In this document: one piece after another, positions 46,947 through 56,836 of the stretch | Layout: every line of letters starts with the position of its first letter | How positions within the stretch are numbered: position 1 is the stretch's first letter | DNA from: a virus | Lineage: Duplodnaviria; Caudoviricetes | Virus record (IMG/VR): IMGVR_UViG_3300005662_000047 | Span: 1-62,164 of that record | Strand: one strand, 5' to 3' | Length of the DNA stretch: 62,164 nucleotides | The notes under the pieces: model-generated | Told to the model about the DNA's origin: nothing | The model's database searches: none | What the model saw: only the letters and a program-made list of their open reading frames with translations | Made by a program: the position numbers and the translations under genes

Positions 46947-48878
46947 TTGCAAATTTTTAATAGCTCTATATTTGAGGACAGCGTGAAGCCTTTGGTCATA
47001 CCTGACCATGTAAAAGTAGTTTTTGTTGCAGATCTTTTTGCAGAAGACTATGTCGGTGGGGCAGAATTGACAACCCAAGCGTTGATTGATGAATGTCCTT
47101 TCCCTTACATGAAAATACGCTCCAAAGACTTGAACATGTCATTGCTTGCTCAAGGAATGAATAAGTTCTGGATATTTGGAAATTTTGCTCAAATGAATGT
47201 TGAACTTGTTCCATCCATCGTCGGGAATCTGAAATATTCAATCCTAGAGTACGACTACAAATATTGTCGCTTTAGATCCCCAGAAAAACATGCAGAAAAG
47301 TCAGGGTCCCCCTGTGATTGTCATAACCAAATGAACGGTAAACTGATATCAGCTTTTTATTATGGCGCTCAGGCTTTATGGTGGATGTCAGAAGCTCAAA
47401 GAGAACGCTACCATATGCTGTTTCCATTTTTATCGGAAAAAGACAGCATAGTCTTATCTAGCGTTTTTTCGAAAAAAACACTAGGCATGATCAAGTGGTT
47501 ACGAGAACAGGTTTCTACATCCTCGTTGGATAGAAAAAAGTGGGTTGTCCTAGGTTCTGATTCTTGGGTAAAAGGGGCAGCGGCCGCCGAAAAGTGGTGT
47601 AATGCGAATGAGAAGGAATATGAAATAGTTTGGGGCGTGAAGTATGAGGAAATGTTAGACCGCCTTGCTCGAGCTGAAGGCTTCGTATATCTTCCTGTAG
47701 GAGGAGACACATGTCCTAGAATGGTCATCGAGGCGAAGCTGCTAGGATGTAAACTTCATCTAAATGATAACGTCCAGCATAAAAATGAAGAATGGTTTGA
47801 CACTGAAAACGTCGAATCTATTTTTGATTATCTGTATACTGCTCCAACTTTATTTTGGAATGGAATTAAGAGCATTATGGCTTATAAACCTAAGTTAAGT
47901 GGATACACGACTGTCTATAATGCATTGACGCAAGGGTATCCTTTTATTCAGTCAATACAGTCTATGTTGCAATTTTGTGATGAAGTTTGCATCGTTGACG
48001 GTGGATCTAACGATGGAACTTGGGAAAAGATCCAAGAAATGGCCGCAGCGGAACCGAAGGTTAAAGTCAAGCAAGTTATCAGAGATTGGTCTCATCCTCG
48101 ATTTTCCGTGTTTGACGGAATGCAAAAAGCCGAAGCGAGGTCAATGTGTACCAACGAATATTGCTGGCAGATGGACTGCGACGAAATAGTTCATGAAGAC
48201 GACTACGAAAAGATAACCGACTTGTGTGGCAAGTTTCCTGCCAATGTCGACCTAATCTCGCTTCCTGTAGTCGAATATTGGGGAGGTCCTAATAAAGTAA
48301 GGGCCGATATATTTCCATGGAAGTGGCGGCTAAGTCGCAACAAGAAGAACATCACTCATGGCATTCCTGCAGACGCAAGGAAGATTGACACCTCCGGCCA
48401 TTTGTATGCAGCATTCGGTGATGGTTGCGACATGATTGATTCAACTACATATGAAAGAATACCGCACGTTACTTTCTATACGCCTGAAGTTGATGAGGTC
48501 AGAAAGCAAGCAGTGTCAGGAGATCCAACTTCTCTAGAAGGATATCAAACGTGGTTCAACAAGGTAGTCGATAACTTACCAGGCGTGTTTCACTATAGTT
48601 GGTTTGACATAGAGAGAAAGATCAAGCTCTATAGAAATTACTGGACTCGCCATTGGGAGACTTTGTCAGGCAAGACCTATGAGGACACTGGAGACACGAA
48701 CATGATGTTCGATCTACCTTGGTCACAAGTTACCGATGAAATGATAAAGTTGAGAGCACAAGAGCTCTCGTCTGAGCTGGGTGGGTGGATTTGGCATAAG
48801 AAGTGGGACGGAAAGACAAAAACACATCATATAACCGTGAATAAAGGCCAACCCAAGATCATGTTGGACAAATCATGA
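46947..48878 (+). CDS. two-domain glycosyltransferase (GT-B-like + GT2)
   Basis: GGAE, DTCPRMVIEAKLLGC (GT-B EX7E-like); IVDGGSNDGT, QMDCDE (GT-A DxD); GAGG RBS with TTG start. Confidence 0.85.
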   Translation: MQIFNSSIFEDSVKPLVIPDHVKVVFVADLFAEDYVGGAELTTQALIDECPFPYMKIRSKDLNMSLLAQGMNKFWIFGNFAQMNVELVPSIVGNLKYSILEYDYKYCRFRSPEKHAEKSGSPCDCHNQMNGKLISAFYYGAQALWWMSEAQRERYHMLFPFLSEKDSIVLSSVFSKKTLGMIKWLREQVSTSSLDRKKWVVLGSDSWVKGAAAAEKWCNANEKEYEIVWGVKYEEMLDRLARAEGFVYLPVGGDTCPRMVIEAKLLGCKLHLNDNVQHKNEEWFDTENVESIFDYLYTAPTLFWNGIKSIMAYKPKLSGYTTVYNALTQGYPFIQSIQSMLQFCDEVCIVDGGSNDGTWEKIQEMAAAEPKVKVKQVIRDWSHPRFSVFDGMQKAEARSMCTNEYCWQMDCDEIVHEDDYEKITDLCGKFPANVDLISLPVVEYWGGPNKVRADIFPWKWRLSRNKKNITHGIPADARKIDTSGHLYAAFGDGCDMIDSTTYERIPHVTFYTPEVDEVRKQAVSGDPTSLEGYQTWFNKVVDNLPGVFHYSWFDIERKIKLYRNYWTRHWETLSGKTYEDTGDTNMMFDLPWSQVTDEMIKLRAQELSSELGGWIWHKKWDGKTKTHHITVNKGQPKIMLDKS

Positions 48879-49597
48879 AAGGTATTATTCTTGCAGGCGG
48901 CACAGGAAGTAGACTGTATCCCATCACGCGGGTTACTAACAAATGTCTACTTCCTGTCGGAAAAGAACCTATGATCTTTAGAATGTTAGACATTTTCAAG
49001 AAGTCTAACATTGAAGATGTCATGTTAATCACTGGGCCTGAACACATGGGAGATGTCATATCTGTCGTCGGGTCAGGATCAGAACATGGATGTTCTATGA
49101 CCTACAAAGTTCAAGACACTGCGAATGGTATTGCGGCTGCTCTTGGAATGTGTTCTTCCTTTGCAAAGGGAGATAAATTTGTTGTTATATTGGGTGACAA
49201 TATCTTTAGTGACAACGACGAAGTATCAAGCTTGATAAAAGACTTCAATGAATTACACGAAGAATATAGATTGTTCACAAAGAAGGTACCAGATCCCCAA
49301 CGCTTTGGAGTTCCTGTCATCAATCAAGACGGTAAAGTAATAGACATTCTAGAAAAACCAAACATCCCTCCAAGCGATAGAGCAATAATAGGATTGTATT
49401 GCTACACTGACGAAGTTTTTGACGTTATAAAAACTCTAAAGCCTTCTCAACGTGGAGAATATGAGATAAGTGACGTAAATTCTTGGTTGGTAAAAAACAG
49501 ACGTGGCAGTTTAGTCGACGTAAAATGTGAATGGATCGACGCAGGCACCCATGAGTCTTATAAGAGAGCCAACGAAATTTTGTGGAATTTAAAATGA
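48875..49597 (+). CDS. rmlA: glucose-1-phosphate thymidylyltransferase
   Basis: GIILAGGTGSRLYPIT..K.LLPV, LGDN, EKP, RGEYEISD, WIDAGT. Confidence 0.93.
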   Translation: MKGIILAGGTGSRLYPITRVTNKCLLPVGKEPMIFRMLDIFKKSNIEDVMLITGPEHMGDVISVVGSGSEHGCSMTYKVQDTANGIAAALGMCSSFAKGDKFVVILGDNIFSDNDEVSSLIKDFNELHEEYRLFTKKVPDPQRFGVPVINQDGKVIDILEKPNIPPSDRAIIGLYCYTDEVFDVIKTLKPSQRGEYEISDVNSWLVKNRRGSLVDVKCEWIDAGTHESYKRANEILWNLK

Positions 49598-50421
49598 AGA
49601 TAATAATAGGTTCAGGAAAAGTAGCAAACATCATAAAAAATTCAGATGATACAGTCTTGGCTCATTCTAGAATAGAGATTACTGACATTTCATCAGTTGA
49701 AGAAAATCTTTCCAGATTTCCTCAAGGTTCTGTTGTGATAAATACAGCTGCTAAAATAAACCTAGAATGGTGCGAAGAAAACAAAAAAGAAGCAGAGTTA
49801 GTAAATGTCTTGGGGGCCAAAAATGTATTAGATTCATGCATCAAGTATGGTCATCATTTAGTTCAAATTAGCAGCGGTTGCATATTTGACGGTATGGAAA
49901 CAGACAAAGTATACGATGAAAATGACAAACCTACTCCCGCAGCATGGTATGCTGAAACTAAGGCCAGAGCGGATCAAGAATTACTTGATTCTAGGTATGA
50001 AAAGTTGACTATAGTGAGACCCAGGCAGCTGATTTCAGCGGTTCCAAATCCAACCAACATGTTGACTAAATTCATGTCCATCAAAGAGGGCAACTTCATC
50101 AATTCAAGAAATTCTATTACTTGTATCGAAGATATGAAGGAAATGATAGAACATTTAATAAGAGGTAAGCATTACGGAGTCTATAACCTAGCTAACGTAG
50201 GGTGGTTGAGTCCTTATCAAATAGCTTCAAAGATAAAGTCTAAACTAAATCCAAAAATGGAAGTCAATAAGATTGATTACCTAGACTATTTGAGTTCTCT
50301 AAGAGTAAAAAGAGTCAACACGTTACTCAGCGTGAGTAAACTTTCTTCTACAGGATACATCCCTAGAAATGCCATGGCTGCCTTAGACTGGTGTTTAGAT
50401 AATTACGGAAAAGTCATATGA
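49594..50421 (+). CDS. rmlD: NDP-4-keto-6-deoxyhexose reductase (RmlD-like SDR)
   Basis: INTAA, WCE, VN..GA, ISSGCIFDG, YAETK (YxxxK); ATGA overlap start. Confidence 0.8.
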   Translation: MKIIIGSGKVANIIKNSDDTVLAHSRIEITDISSVEENLSRFPQGSVVINTAAKINLEWCEENKKEAELVNVLGAKNVLDSCIKYGHHLVQISSGCIFDGMETDKVYDENDKPTPAAWYAETKARADQELLDSRYEKLTIVRPRQLISAVPNPTNMLTKFMSIKEGNFINSRNSITCIEDMKEMIEHLIRGKHYGVYNLANVGWLSPYQIASKIKSKLNPKMEVNKIDYLDYLSSLRVKRVNTLLSVSKLSSTGYIPRNAMAALDWCLDNYGKVI

Positions 50422-51350
50422 AAGTAATCATAACGGGAGGAGCAGGTTTCATAGGAGGTCATGCTGTTCAACATTTCGTTCAATCCGGAGATGACGTGTT
50501 GAACATAGACAAACTGACTTATGCCAGCCGAATGGACTCATTGGACATTTCGAAATTTAGAGAAATGGATATATGTGACACTGAGTCATTAATTTTTCAG
50601 ATAAAAGAACATAAGCCTGAATTCTTGGTTCATTTTGCTGCTGAGACTCATGTGGACAATTCAATAAATTCATGTTACGAATTTATACATTCGAATGTTA
50701 GGGGAGTTGCGTCTGTATTAGACGCATGTAGAGAAACTAAGGTTAGGCTTTGTCATATTTCTACCGACGAAGTTTATGGTCCTGCTCTGAATAGACCTTA
50801 TTTTGAAAGTGATTCATTGAATCCTAAGAACCCATATTCGGCAACTAAGGCTGCTGGAGACATGTTGGTTAAATCATATGAAAATACTCATGGTGTGAGG
50901 AATATCATAGTCAGGCCTTCAAACAATTACGGCCCTAGACAACATTCTGAAAAATTCATACCTAAACTGATAAATTGTCTAGAGACAGGTCAAGAGTTTC
51001 CTCTCTACGGATCAGGTGACCAAGAAAGAGAGTGGACTTTTGTAGAAGATACGGCGAGGTTAGTTAGGGAATTATTGATCTCTAAAAGAACCATATGGAA
51101 TTCTACGTATAATCTAAGTTCAGGAATTTCTTATGATAACTTATCTACTTCTAGATTTGTCGTAGATGCTTACAACAAGATAAAAGGTAAAAATATTCAA
51201 ACAAAAGACGTCATCAAAGCATCTAAAGATCGTCCGGGCCATGACAAAAAATACTGGATTTCGACAGAAAAAATAAATTCTGTTGTAAAATTTGGATATA
51301 CCGGATTTCAATCTGGCTTAGAAAAGACTGTGTCTTCATATGTCAAATAG
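50418..51350 (+). CDS. rmlB: dTDP-glucose 4,6-dehydratase
   Basis: TGGAGFIG, DKLTYA, HFAAETHVDNSI, STDEVYG, YSATK, NNYGP, DRPGHD. Confidence 0.95.
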   Translation: MKVIITGGAGFIGGHAVQHFVQSGDDVLNIDKLTYASRMDSLDISKFREMDICDTESLIFQIKEHKPEFLVHFAAETHVDNSINSCYEFIHSNVRGVASVLDACRETKVRLCHISTDEVYGPALNRPYFESDSLNPKNPYSATKAAGDMLVKSYENTHGVRNIIVRPSNNYGPRQHSEKFIPKLINCLETGQEFPLYGSGDQEREWTFVEDTARLVRELLISKRTIWNSTYNLSSGISYDNLSTSRFVVDAYNKIKGKNIQTKDVIKASKDRPGHDKKYWISTEKINSVVKFGYTGFQSGLEKTVSSYVK

Positions 51351-52074
51351 ATTTGTGTTTATAGCTCCCATGTATAATGCGTCTGAGACATTGCCTCAGA
51401 TGTTACATTCTATTTTTGGACAGTCTTATGACAATTGGAAGCTAATACTAATAGATGATGTTTCTTCTAATGAACACATAGAAAAATCTAAAAAAATACT
51501 AAAAAGGTTTTCAAGCTTACTCGATGAAGAATATTCTGAAAAGGTCAATGTCATCTGGAATGCTGACAAAAAGTGGGAAGTAGCCAATGTCCTAGCAGGA
51601 ATCAATAAATGTCAAGATGATGACATAGTCTGTAGGATAGATGCAGATGATTGGCTAACTGATCTAGATTCTCTAGCCATCATAAACTCCGCTTATGAAG
51701 GGCTGAAATGCGACGCCTTGTGGACTGCGCATAGGTGGAGTTTTTCTGATAAAAATATAAGCGGTTCAATCCCTCCAGGCGCAAATGTTTATTCATACCC
51801 ATGGGTATCAAGCCACTTGAAAACCTTTAGGAAGAAATTGATAAATGAAGTAAACGATGAAAACTTTAGAGGAGAAGATGGTGGATACATTCGCCGTGCC
51901 GGCGATCAGGCGATATATCTACCTGTATTACATAATGCAAAGGTAAAGACTTTTTTGCCTAGAGTGATGTATCACTATACGATAAAAGATGTCCCTGAAA
52001 CGTACCAAACTTCAGATGCAAAGTTTCAAAGAGATGAAGCCATCTTCTTACGAAGAAGAGGATATGTGAAATGA
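51340..52074 (+). CDS. glycosyltransferase family 2
   Basis: PMYNA, Q.Y.NW.LILIDD.S, IDADDWL. Confidence 0.9.
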   Translation: MSNRFVFIAPMYNASETLPQMLHSIFGQSYDNWKLILIDDVSSNEHIEKSKKILKRFSSLLDEEYSEKVNVIWNADKKWEVANVLAGINKCQDDDIVCRIDADDWLTDLDSLAIINSAYEGLKCDALWTAHRWSFSDKNISGSIPPGANVYSYPWVSSHLKTFRKKLINEVNDENFRGEDGGYIRRAGDQAIYLPVLHNAKVKTFLPRVMYHYTIKDVPETYQTSDAKFQRDEAIFLRRRGYVK

Positions 52075-52427
52075 AGAACTTACATGAACCTATTAGCAAG
52101 TTATTGACAGAAAGACTGTTAAAAAGAAAAGGACAAAAACTCGATAGGTCTACTTGCATAGAGATTTATAGTGACATATTCTTTTCTTTGTCTGAAGTCA
52201 TCAAGCAGTCTGAGACTCCATTATGTAATGAGTCAGTCAACATGTTGGCTCAAATGTACTATGATTCAATAACAATAAACAACAATGAAGAATTAGACCC
52301 TAATATCTTTACACAAAGAGCTAAGCTAGAGAATATCGAGACCAAAGAGCTTGCGTTGTTAGCAGTGATGATGAACGGTACCCCTTTCGCGGCTCCTTTT
52401 ATCGCTGAGGTCAAACGAAGATCGTGA
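52071..52427 (+). CDS. hypothetical protein within glycosylation operon
   Basis: 118 aa, overlapping starts/stops on both sides. Confidence 0.72.
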   Translation: MKNLHEPISKLLTERLLKRKGQKLDRSTCIEIYSDIFFSLSEVIKQSETPLCNESVNMLAQMYYDSITINNNEELDPNIFTQRAKLENIETKELALLAVMMNGTPFAAPFIAEVKRRS

Positions 52428-53353
52428 AAATACATCTCGATAACGTCAATCTCAATTCTAACTCAGGACCAAATTCGTTTGGTCGTAGACTTGCTCAGGC
52501 CTTTTTAGAAAATGGTCATGATGTTGAATTGCACGACGGAAGAAAAGCAGACGCATCTTTAGTCTTCATAGAGCCTTCAGGAGCACCATTAGCCAAGAAA
52601 GTAGTTCAACGTTTAGATGGAATTTGGTTTTCTCCTCATGAATTTGAGACAAAAAATGTAAACATCAAAAAACTATATCAGGTTGCAGATGCTGTCGTAT
52701 GGCAATCAGAATTTGACAGAGGCATGACGACGCGCTGGTGGAATGAACCAAAAAAAGGTTCAGTGATCAGGAATGGAATAAACGTAGAACCAATAAAGAA
52801 GTTTTCTATACCTACATTAGAACAGCTACGACAACAATATGAGATGTTATTCGTTTGTTCTGCCAACTGGCACCCTCAAAAGAGACTGTTGGACAACATT
52901 TCTTTGTATAGACATTTGAGAAGTTTTTATGACTCTGCTGCTCTCATAGTCATGGGATCTAATCCCGCAAAAGTAGCAGATCCTCACATTTTTTACACGG
53001 GACCACAGTCACACGAAGTTTGTTTGGAGGTGTTTTCAGCAGCAAATTGGATGATTCATTTGGCGTGGTTAGACCATTGCCCTAACACAGTTGTTGAGTC
53101 GCTATCTCAAGGAACTCCAGTCATATGTTCCGAACAAGGCGGTACTAAAGAATTAGTTCGAGAATATGGCGTCGTCTTGAGAGAAACTAACGAATATAAC
53201 TACGAGTTAGTGGACTATGAAAATCCTCCGAAGGTAGACGTCGCACAGCTGAATGGAAAACTACCAGATTTGAGAAATTCATTCTCTCACGTGGATGTTA
53301 GCATGTCTACTTGTTTCGAGCAGTACGTGAATCTATTAGGCGAAATTTTATGA
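52424..53353 (+). CDS. glycosyltransferase family 4-like (GT-B)
   Basis: QRLDG, WQSEF, IRNG, DHCPNTVVESLSQGTPV..GGTKE. Confidence 0.88.
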   Translation: MKIHLDNVNLNSNSGPNSFGRRLAQAFLENGHDVELHDGRKADASLVFIEPSGAPLAKKVVQRLDGIWFSPHEFETKNVNIKKLYQVADAVVWQSEFDRGMTTRWWNEPKKGSVIRNGINVEPIKKFSIPTLEQLRQQYEMLFVCSANWHPQKRLLDNISLYRHLRSFYDSAALIVMGSNPAKVADPHIFYTGPQSHEVCLEVFSAANWMIHLAWLDHCPNTVVESLSQGTPVICSEQGGTKELVREYGVVLRETNEYNYELVDYENPPKVDVAQLNGKLPDLRNSFSHVDVSMSTCFEQYVNLLGEIL

Positions 53354-54075
53354 AGAAAATAGACATAAGACAAAAATTGAATGAGATTGGAATCTTTGTA
53401 GAAAATATTCCGCTTGGACATTTCGACGTTTTAGGAAGATTTACTGCAGAAAGAAGCAGAAGTCCCGATAGTCCACTCTATAATTCAGTAGGGTCATTCT
53501 ATAGATCTAACTATGAAAGAGGAATTCTAATCTATTATCTTATCAAGCAATACCAGATTTCTTCGATGCTTGAAATAGGATTTGGAAGAGGTTATTCTAC
53601 TCTGTGCGCAGCAAAAGCCTTTGCGGACTGTGGAATAAATGGAAAGATAGTCACTATAGACCCAAATTTCAATGAACAACACATTCAAACGTTGAAGTCG
53701 GTTTTTCCAAAACAGTGGTTTGATTGCATCACATTCGCTAAAGGAACCTCAAGAGAAATTCTTCCTTCAGTTAAAGAAGAATTTGATCTCGTCTATATTG
53801 ATGGCGATCATTCATACGATGCAACAAAGTTTGATTGGGAAAGCACAAAAGACCTATATCAAAAATTCTTGTTATTTGACGATTATCACTTACCTGGAAA
53901 AAATGACCCTGGGATTCAGTGCCAAAAGCTAATAGACGAAATTGAAGATGACAGCAAGGAATTGATAGTGATGGACAGAAGAATCTTCTTTGACGACAGA
54001 AGAATACCCGACGAAGAAATCGACTACGGTCAAGTTTTGCTTTCTCGTCCTTCAGTCAAAAAGCTAGATTGGTGA
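53350..54075 (+). CDS. class I SAM-dependent methyltransferase (Methyltransf_24-like)
   Basis: LEIGFGRGYS, TID, YIDGDHSY, FDDY. Confidence 0.87.
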   Translation: MKKIDIRQKLNEIGIFVENIPLGHFDVLGRFTAERSRSPDSPLYNSVGSFYRSNYERGILIYYLIKQYQISSMLEIGFGRGYSTLCAAKAFADCGINGKIVTIDPNFNEQHIQTLKSVFPKQWFDCITFAKGTSREILPSVKEEFDLVYIDGDHSYDATKFDWESTKDLYQKFLLFDDYHLPGKNDPGIQCQKLIDEIEDDSKELIVMDRRIFFDDRRIPDEEIDYGQVLLSRPSVKKLDW

Positions 54076-54078
54076 TCT

Positions 54079-55023
54079 ATGACAGTGTATTACCTCTATA
54101 AAGATTCTCAGCATGAATTAACTTGTGATTCTGCATCTCAAGGAATCATAGATTCATTTCAAAGGTATGGATGTGTTACTCTTTCAGAAACAAATTTTCT
54201 TTCTGAACACGTGCAACCTACGCCCAATGACGTAGTGATAGTGTATATCTCACTAAGAAATGAGCTTTGTCATGAAAAGCTAAGACGACTAGGGTGTAAG
54301 AAAGTTCTTCACTCGATGGATGAAAGCAAGAGCGACGAAATTCTTTTTAGAACACAATTAGAATTTTGTAGACGTCATGACGTCAATGTCATGATCAATA
54401 CTTTTCCGTCAAAGAGAAACATTGAGTTTTTGTCTAGAAATGGAATAAACACAATCACCATGCCTTTTTGTGGTAGTCCAAGAGAAGTAGACTTCCTTAA
54501 AAAGGACATCGATGTGCTAGTTTCAGGTCAAATTAACCCTTCTTATTATCCTATTAGGTCTAAAGTCTTAGACGCTCTTCGTAAGTCTGACGTAAAATTT
54601 GCTTATTTGCCTCACAGCGGAATAGAGGCGTCAAAAGCCGTTCATCAGTATCATGGGAAAAAATTTCATGAATTATTGGATAGATGTTGGATGGGGGTCA
54701 CGTGTAAAGCAGGGACATTCAGAGATAGATTAGTCCCAAAATACGTAGAGTTTGGATTCTCTAAAGTGTTACCGATAGGCGATTGCCCTTCATACATGGA
54801 TTCTAAGATGGAAGAATCGATGGTAAAAATTGAAGACAATGATTCATCTGATACAATAATAGAAAAAATAAAGTCAGCTCTTTCCGACAAAGACAAACTA
54901 AAAAATAGAATAGAATCATATTCTTCAGTAGCCCATAAAGATCATGACATGGACGTCAACACCAAAAGAACTATCCAAATGGTACTAAGTGAAAATTTTG
55001 ACACAAGTGCTGTAACATGTTGA
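54079..55023 (+). CDS. divergent GT-B glycosyltransferase-like protein
   Basis: DIDVLVSG..YP.R, KYVE, pattern of Glyco_trans_1_2/CgeB-like proteins. Confidence 0.62.
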   Translation: MTVYYLYKDSQHELTCDSASQGIIDSFQRYGCVTLSETNFLSEHVQPTPNDVVIVYISLRNELCHEKLRRLGCKKVLHSMDESKSDEILFRTQLEFCRRHDVNVMINTFPSKRNIEFLSRNGINTITMPFCGSPREVDFLKKDIDVLVSGQINPSYYPIRSKVLDALRKSDVKFAYLPHSGIEASKAVHQYHGKKFHELLDRCWMGVTCKAGTFRDRLVPKYVEFGFSKVLPIGDCPSYMDSKMEESMVKIEDNDSSDTIIEKIKSALSDKDKLKNRIESYSSVAHKDHDMDVNTKRTIQMVLSENFDTSAVTC

Positions 55024-55910
55024 AATTAGCCATCAATAGAAAGCCTATTTCGGGTCCTTGGGGCGGTGGCAATAATTTCGTAAAAGCCGTGTATTCTTCC
55101 GTTCCTTCTGACGTACAGCTAACTAATGTCTTATCAGATGATGTAGATGCGATATTCGTGATGGATCCTCGTAAGGAAGGATCATTTGACATCAACGACG
55201 TCGCTAGATTTATTTCTAAAAAAAGAGTGAATGTGTTCCAAAGAATTAATGAATGTGATGCCAGAAAAGGAACAGAACATATGGATCACATGCTTCTTCA
55301 ATGTAGCACTATAAATTCAAAAACGTTGTTTGTAAGCAGCTGGATGAAGGACTATTTCAACAAAAAAGGTTGGGCCTGTAAAGACCAACATGTTCTGTAT
55401 AATGGAGTAGACGATCATTTCACACGCCACGCAAAATCTCTGGAAAATAAAAGTGATGACATCATAAAAGTAGTGACTCATCATTGGTCAAACAATCACA
55501 TGAAAGGTTTTGATTCTTACGAGTTTATAGACTATCTGAGCACAAAAAACAAAAGAATATCTTTCACTTACGTTGGAAGAGATAGAGGAACTTTCTCTAA
55601 CACTAGAGTCATTTCTCCTTTACACGGAGAAGAGTTAGCTATAGAACTTTCTAAACATGACATATACGTGAGCGGATCTCGACAAGATCCAGGCCCTAAC
55701 CACGTGCTAGAAGCTTTAGCTCTACGTATGCCCACGTACGTTCATGTCGAAGGCGGAGGAGCTTGCGAATTTGCGGGGATAAATCATTCGTTTTCTAATT
55801 TTGTTGAATTAGAAAATTTATTGTTGAAATCAAAACACGATAAAAACTCATATATTCCCTTTGGATGGAAAGAATCTATGTCAAGATTTTGGAGTATTAT
55901 CTTGCAATGA
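55017..55910 (+). CDS. glycosyltransferase family 4-like
   Basis: GPWGGGN, FVS.W, YNGVD, DPGPNHVLEALA..P. Confidence 0.85.
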   Translation: MLKLAINRKPISGPWGGGNNFVKAVYSSVPSDVQLTNVLSDDVDAIFVMDPRKEGSFDINDVARFISKKRVNVFQRINECDARKGTEHMDHMLLQCSTINSKTLFVSSWMKDYFNKKGWACKDQHVLYNGVDDHFTRHAKSLENKSDDIIKVVTHHWSNNHMKGFDSYEFIDYLSTKNKRISFTYVGRDRGTFSNTRVISPLHGEELAIELSKHDIYVSGSRQDPGPNHVLEALALRMPTYVHVEGGGACEFAGINHSFSNFVELENLLLKSKHDKNSYIPFGWKESMSRFWSIILQ

Positions 55911-56806
55911 ATAAAGTCTTTGTTCTCCCTCCTTCTGAGGACTGGATTGTCGACAGATTTGTAAAAGAGTGGAATGAAGATAACGCAGATATTAGCGTAA
56001 AAAGCCCAAATGAAGCGAACGTAATTTGGCTCCTCGCGGATTGGGCTTGGATGCAACTTGTGTCAAGGGGATTTTTGAATGGAAAGAAAGTCATTACGAC
56101 TGTTCATCACATTGTTCCTGATAAGTTTACGAGTGAATCTCTAAGAGAATTCATGTTAAGAGATCAGTTTACGACTGTTTATCATGTCTACAATGAAAGC
56201 ACAAAGAAATTCATAGAAAAATTTACTGCAAAAGAAATTCACTTGATAAATTACTGGGCGAATCAAAAAATATGGCAGAAGACTGGTGATAAAATTTCAT
56301 TGAGAAAAAAATACAATCTTCCTTTAGATTCTTACATCATAGGCTCTTTCCAGAGAGACACTGAAGGTCATGATTTGGTCAGCCCAAAACTAGAAAAAGG
56401 TCCAGATCTTCTTGCCGATTACATAGAAAAGCTTTCACACACTAAAGACTTACACGTGCTTTTAGCCGGATGGAGAAGACAATACATCATCTCTAGACTC
56501 AAGAAATCTAATATTGGGTTTACGTATTTTGAAAGACCACCCCACCAAGTAGTGAATGAGTTGTATCAAACTTTAGACCTATATCCAGTTACCGCTAGGT
56601 GTGAAGGAGGTCCTCAATCTTTAATAGAATGTGGTTTGTTAGGAGTACCTGTGGTTTCTAGAGATGTGGGCATAGCAAGTCAAGTGTTGCCTGAAGTTTC
56701 GATAAAAGACAACGTAATAGATGCTATGCCCAATGTTCCTAACGTCGATTCTTGGAGTTTACCCCAAGGATATAAAAAATACAGAGAATTAATTTTGAAT
56801 CTTTAG
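55907..56806 (+). CDS. glycosyltransferase family 4-like
   Basis: KGPD, ELYQ.LD.Y, EGGPQSLIE...GVPVVSRDVG. Confidence 0.88.
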   Translation: MNKVFVLPPSEDWIVDRFVKEWNEDNADISVKSPNEANVIWLLADWAWMQLVSRGFLNGKKVITTVHHIVPDKFTSESLREFMLRDQFTTVYHVYNESTKKFIEKFTAKEIHLINYWANQKIWQKTGDKISLRKKYNLPLDSYIIGSFQRDTEGHDLVSPKLEKGPDLLADYIEKLSHTKDLHVLLAGWRRQYIISRLKKSNIGFTYFERPPHQVVNELYQTLDLYPVTARCEGGPQSLIECGLLGVPVVSRDVGIASQVLPEVSIKDNVIDAMPNVPNVDSWSLPQGYKKYRELILNL

Positions 56807-56836
56807 ACCGATTTGAAATATTATCTACAATAAACC

